Shown here piece by piece: positions 60,001 to 64,000 of a stretch of DNA of 64,000 bases (the stretch's first letter is position 1; every line of letters begins with the position of its first letter). The stretch spans positions 13,640,001-13,704,000 of the forward strand of contig NC_047064.1 in NCBI RefSeq assembly GCF_902459465.1, read 5' to 3'. The stretch is from Asterias rubens. Its lineage: Eukaryota. The notes under the pieces were generated by a model that was not told the origin of the DNA, made no database searches, and worked only from the letters and a program-made list of their open reading frames with translations. The translations under genes and the position numbers were made by a program.

Positions 60001-62730
60001 TGGTTAGCCTCCCAAATTATTATTATTGGAACATTTTAAAGGAAGCTTTCTACCATCATTATCTTTCAACCGTGTAAACCTGTGGATGTGGGCTTGTATG
60101 GCCTGCCCCCGAGGAAATATTTCAATATGGACAATAGGTCCTCACTAAGCGTTTCTCTGTTTCAATGGGTCCTAGTAATTTGTGTGCAAAACCAATAGGG
60201 ATTCCTTCAATACAGGAACATCAGAAAGTACAATCGGTGTCCTATAACGTAATGGTCAAACACGATGTGGTGTTGGCATGTCTACTACTGATACCAGAGG
60301 ACATTAACAAAAGGGATCCGGGAAAAAGGCACACCGGGGACAGTCCTCGGTAGATTTTGTGTACAAAACCAATGGGGACGTCTGAAAAATAAAATGTCCA
60401 AACAATGGGATAACAAAGAGAAGTCCTCGGTCTGCACCATGAACATGCCTGCGTGCGTGCGTGTGTGTGTTTCGTGTCGTACAAAAATTACCCAAACCCT
60501 TGAATCGGCTTTTATGATTGGTCCGTCTCACACAGGAACTAAGCTGTTTTCTGGAGCTTATGGTTGTACTGAAGGTTTTATTGGCGTCAATCTCTGGATA
60601 GACAAACCACAGATGGAATATGTACTTATTCCAAATGACATCATTGTTGAGTTCATCCCTGAAAGTCTTGTGTAAGTACACATTAAGGTGTTTTATTTTC
60701 CTGACGCAAGTGTCACGACCGGGATTCGAACCCACACTCTGCTGAACAGAAGCACCAAAGTTTGAGATCGGTGCTCTTATCCACTCGGCCACGACACCGC
60801 GGTACTTCACATCATTATAACTCGAGATAAGACTCGTCTGAACTCTATGTAAAACTTCACCCTAAGTGTAATAAATCTCCTATGAGCTTTCGTGGCCCTG
60901 AGAAGTACACTCGTTTAACAACTCGACGTTTTGATAAGTATGCTCTGATTGTCTTCGAGAGAATGCTCGACTATTTGCTATGTTGCTTAAGTATTGCCGA
61001 TAAGGTTAAGCTTGAAGGGTAAACAAACAATCAAATTATTTGAGAAACATTTCACTTCGAAGTAATCTGGTTATGGAAAAAAACAAGTTTTTATCCCCCA
61101 AAGTTTGAATCTGAGAAACGTTACTGTCAGATACGTTTCGTAGATTGTGAATTCAAATTAAGGATTATTATTCCTGCAGGGAACAAAACCGCTACCACAT
61201 TTTGAAATGTGAGTTTCACAGACTAGTGCTATCGTAAATAAATATTTCTATATGATTAAAACAATAATTTTTTTGATTGATTATTTTTCTTTAACTAATA
61301 AAGTGACGAGGAGAATCCGGATACTTTGTTTATGAATGAGGTCGAGGTTGGTCAACGGTACGAGGTTGCGTTAACCACATTATCTGGGTTTTACCGTTAC
61401 CGTATGGGCGACGTGATTGAGGTAGTCGGACACCATGAGAAGTGTCCGCTGGTTACGGTCAAGTACAGGTTGGTGAACCATTATTTATCCGATTGCTTTT
61501 ATCAAAATGCTGCAATAGGAGACTTAAGAACTATTGGTGGTAGCAGACTTACCACAAATTTGTCATCGTTGGTTTAGTTCATGTGCACATTACCGACAAC
61601 CATAGGTTTACCTGGTAAGTCTGCCGCCACCTATTAGCATCCCAAAAGTCTTCCATTGTCAGTGTGGCATTTAAAGGGGCACATATACTCAAAATTTCTC
61701 AAAAGGTTGCCGTTTGGAATTTCTCCTTTAGTCAATCACAATTACAAAGTTTAGCAGATGAAATGGCAATGAAAAAGCTTAGCCCGAATCAAGAAGAATG
61801 CTGTTGAAAATAATATGCTTGAAGTGGCGAGACCAATTTCAGTATGGGTTGAACTCGACAAGACCGGAACCCTGTACTTCATAGTGAAAACCCTCCCCCA
61901 AGATAAGAAATGTAATTTGTGGCTTAAAAATCCTCTCTACATTTCTAGAACTGGAGAGCTACTGAATCTACGCAGTGAGAAGATTGACGTACTGGTGGTC
62001 AACAAAGCCATTCAAGAAAGCTTAGAAGGATGGGATGGAGCTACTCTGGTAGAGTGGACATGCGCAGAGAGCCCACTGTTGTACGAAGATAAAGGTTATA
62101 GTATTTTGTTGTTTTGTGTGACTTTCTTGTCTTTCATTTTGCCACATCAACAACATAAGCTTGGTATAAAAAAAAAAAATTATTTTGTGGTTTATTGATA
62201 TTTTGTGGTTTGAATTTTTTTTAATGATATTTTCAAATATGTGCTTCGTCCTTCGGATTGGACGTAAAGCCGTTGGTTCCGTGTGTTGTGTAATGCACGT
62301 AAAATAACCCAGTCAGTTGATATTGCAGAAAGAAGGGGTTCACCCTGGTGTTCCTGGTTTGCTCGACTGCACATTGCCAACTTTGTAAATCATTACACGG
62401 TATCAAAACACTTGGTCCAAAAACGATGAGTTCTCAGTATAAAATCTTTATGAACTGTGTATTCTCTACCTCTAACTAAGAGGAAAACCAAATCCAACTT
62501 AAATTTTGTTTAATTATCTAACAATTTTTTGGGTTTTGTTATAAACCTTGTTGTAAACCTTCCCAAGGGCATTGGATTTGTTTAAATTAGGAATACAATT
62601 TATAAGACACACAAATAATATAATTATTAATTGTCTTCTTGCAGAGTGTGATTACGACATGCATTACCTGCTCTTCGTCGAGTTAGAATCAGAAACAGAC
62701 ATACACCTATCGGCTGATCAAAAGACACTG
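57048..62730 (+). CDS. GHDC: GH3 domain-containing protein, paralog F (partial: coding exons 1-6; final exon not found in window)
   Basis: Exons 57048-57168, 58255-59265, 60536-60671, 61304-61468, 61949-62094, 62645-62730. GT-AG, open frame. Motifs FGTSSGTTGKGK, GAYGCTEG, GFYRYRMGD. No FDKSLRKQHEF-type exon seen in 62731-64000. Confidence 0.88.
57208..57443. mobile_element. MITE with ccagggcccaatttcat TIRs in intron 1 of paralog F
   Basis: ccagggcccaatttcataaagctgcttaagca / gcttaagcagctctatgaaattggcccctgg. Confidence 0.75.
57468..57854. mobile_element. Kolobok-like MITE, family K1 (full length)
   Basis: ttaa|aggcagtggacactattgg...ccaatagtgtccactgcct|ttaa. Confidence 0.88.
57860..58170. repeat. 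Degenerate 12-bp repeat tract (taactcggtcwc)
   Basis: Many ctcggtc / cttggtc / cccggtc units, often in 12-bp phase. Confidence 0.6.
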
Positions 62731-63304
62731 GTAAAGTATATTAGCTTTTGAATTTCGGAATGATTTGTCATCTGAGAAGCTGTGGCTTTCAATTTAGGGA
62801 ATGTTTACGTTTGGTAATCACTCCTAAAATGCAATTATTATTATTATTATTACATGTATTGTTAAGTAGTATTTATACAGGGTAGCCCCATCAGTGTCAA
62901 ACACTGATCTCTCTGGGGGCCCTGTAGAAAAAGAAATACACAGAACAAGAGATAAACAAATACACATGTATAAAGGACAACCCCACAAAAGCACCAACAG
63001 CCACCATGAACAAAACAGAGGGGGAAAAAAGCAACAAAAACCAATTATGCAAAATACATGTAGATCAATGACTCCGTAAACGCCAGAACCTAGAAGTGAT
63101 TGAAGTCAATGTTGGCAGTCTCCCAGGCAAACAGTTCCGTAAAAAGGGAACCTTCGTAAGAAATGCTTCTTTTGTCTTCTCAGTCTTCACTTTAGGCACA
63201 CACAACACATTACTCTCTGCATTTCTACAATAACAGGCTTCGGTTAGAATCATTATAAAGCATTTTGAGAAACATTTCACTTCGAAATAATGTAGTTACA
63301 TAAT

Positions 63305-63731
63305 GGTAGTTGACACTTTTGGTATTTACTTAAAATAATTATTAGCATAAAACCTTACTTGGTGACGAGTATTATGGGGAGAGGTTGATGGTATAAAACA
63401 TTGAGAAAAGGCTCCCTATGGAGAAAGAAGTATTTTTCCACGAATTTGATTTCGGCTCCCTCTGAATTGACATAGTTTTGGAGAAAGAAGTATTTTTCCG
63501 CGAATTAGATTTCGAGACTTCAGATTTAGAATTTAGAAGTCTCGAAATCAACCATCTAAACACACTCAAGGGTGTGACAAGGGTGTCTTTTCTTTCAATA
63601 TTATTGCGCAACTTCGACGACCAATTGAGCTCAAATTTTCACAGGTTTGTTATTTTATGCATATTATGTTGAGATACACTAAGTGAGAAGACTGGTCTTT
63701 GACAATTACCAATAGTGTCCAGTGTCTTTAA
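63305..63731. mobile_element. Kolobok-like MITE, family K1, with an internal duplication of about 60 bp
   Basis: gagaaagaagtatttttcc.cgaatt.gatttcg occurs twice; right end ccagtgtctttaa. Confidence 0.8.
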
Positions 63732-64000
63732 AAATATATCCCGGTTTATGCCTCAGAATGGTTACTACAGTAACGCTTATCAGCTTGTGTATTTATATGA
63801 GTTTAATTAGTCTTCAAGTATTTAGGAAAACATGTGGTAATCACAGAGTAATTTTGTCGAAGAATTTTGTGAAATTGATCTAGCAATTTCTCAACAACTA
63901 CAGCACCTCAGCATGTAATATTTCAAGAGAGGATTCATGTAATCATTATCTTTAAACCGTTTAGTTTACATATGTCGACGTTTGTGTTTTGTGTCGTACA

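Noticed and set aside
4467-62730. Recent horizontal transfer of GH3 genes from plants or bacteria
   Set aside because: There are six conserved spliceosomal introns, an animal GHDC-like hydrophobic N-terminus, and GHDC is already known in animals. Nothing in the sequence requires HGT; a phylogeny would be needed to reopen the question.

Overview
Intron-rich, AT-rich animal genomic DNA. The repeat landscape suggests an echinoderm, probably a sea star, but that is my inference and not a database result. The window is dominated by a tandem cluster of six GH3-domain (GHDC-like) acyl-adenylate/amide-synthetase paralogs that share a 7-coding-exon structure. I reconstructed the exons by hand from GT-AG sites and phases: A (-) 4467-15304, B (+) 17058-22743, C (-) 26103-32223, D (+) 38101-44903, E (+) 47623-55082, and F (+) 57048 to beyond 62730 (last exon not found in the window). 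A-E splice into open frames of about 627-634 aa with the GH3/ANL catalytic motifs intact. Segments predicted to line the substrate pocket are hypervariable, while flanking scaffold blocks are nearly identical at DNA level, which points to gene conversion and mosaic paralogs. The left end holds an intronless bombesin/CCHamide-receptor-like class A GPCR disabled by one frameshift and one nonsense codon (1322-2439, -). Introns and spacers are packed with non-autonomous DNA transposons (Kolobok-like TTAA, hAT, 9-bp-TSD and AT-flanked MITEs, several nested), tRNA-derived SINEs and minisatellites. I found no transposase, bona fide tRNA/rRNA gene or CRISPR array.
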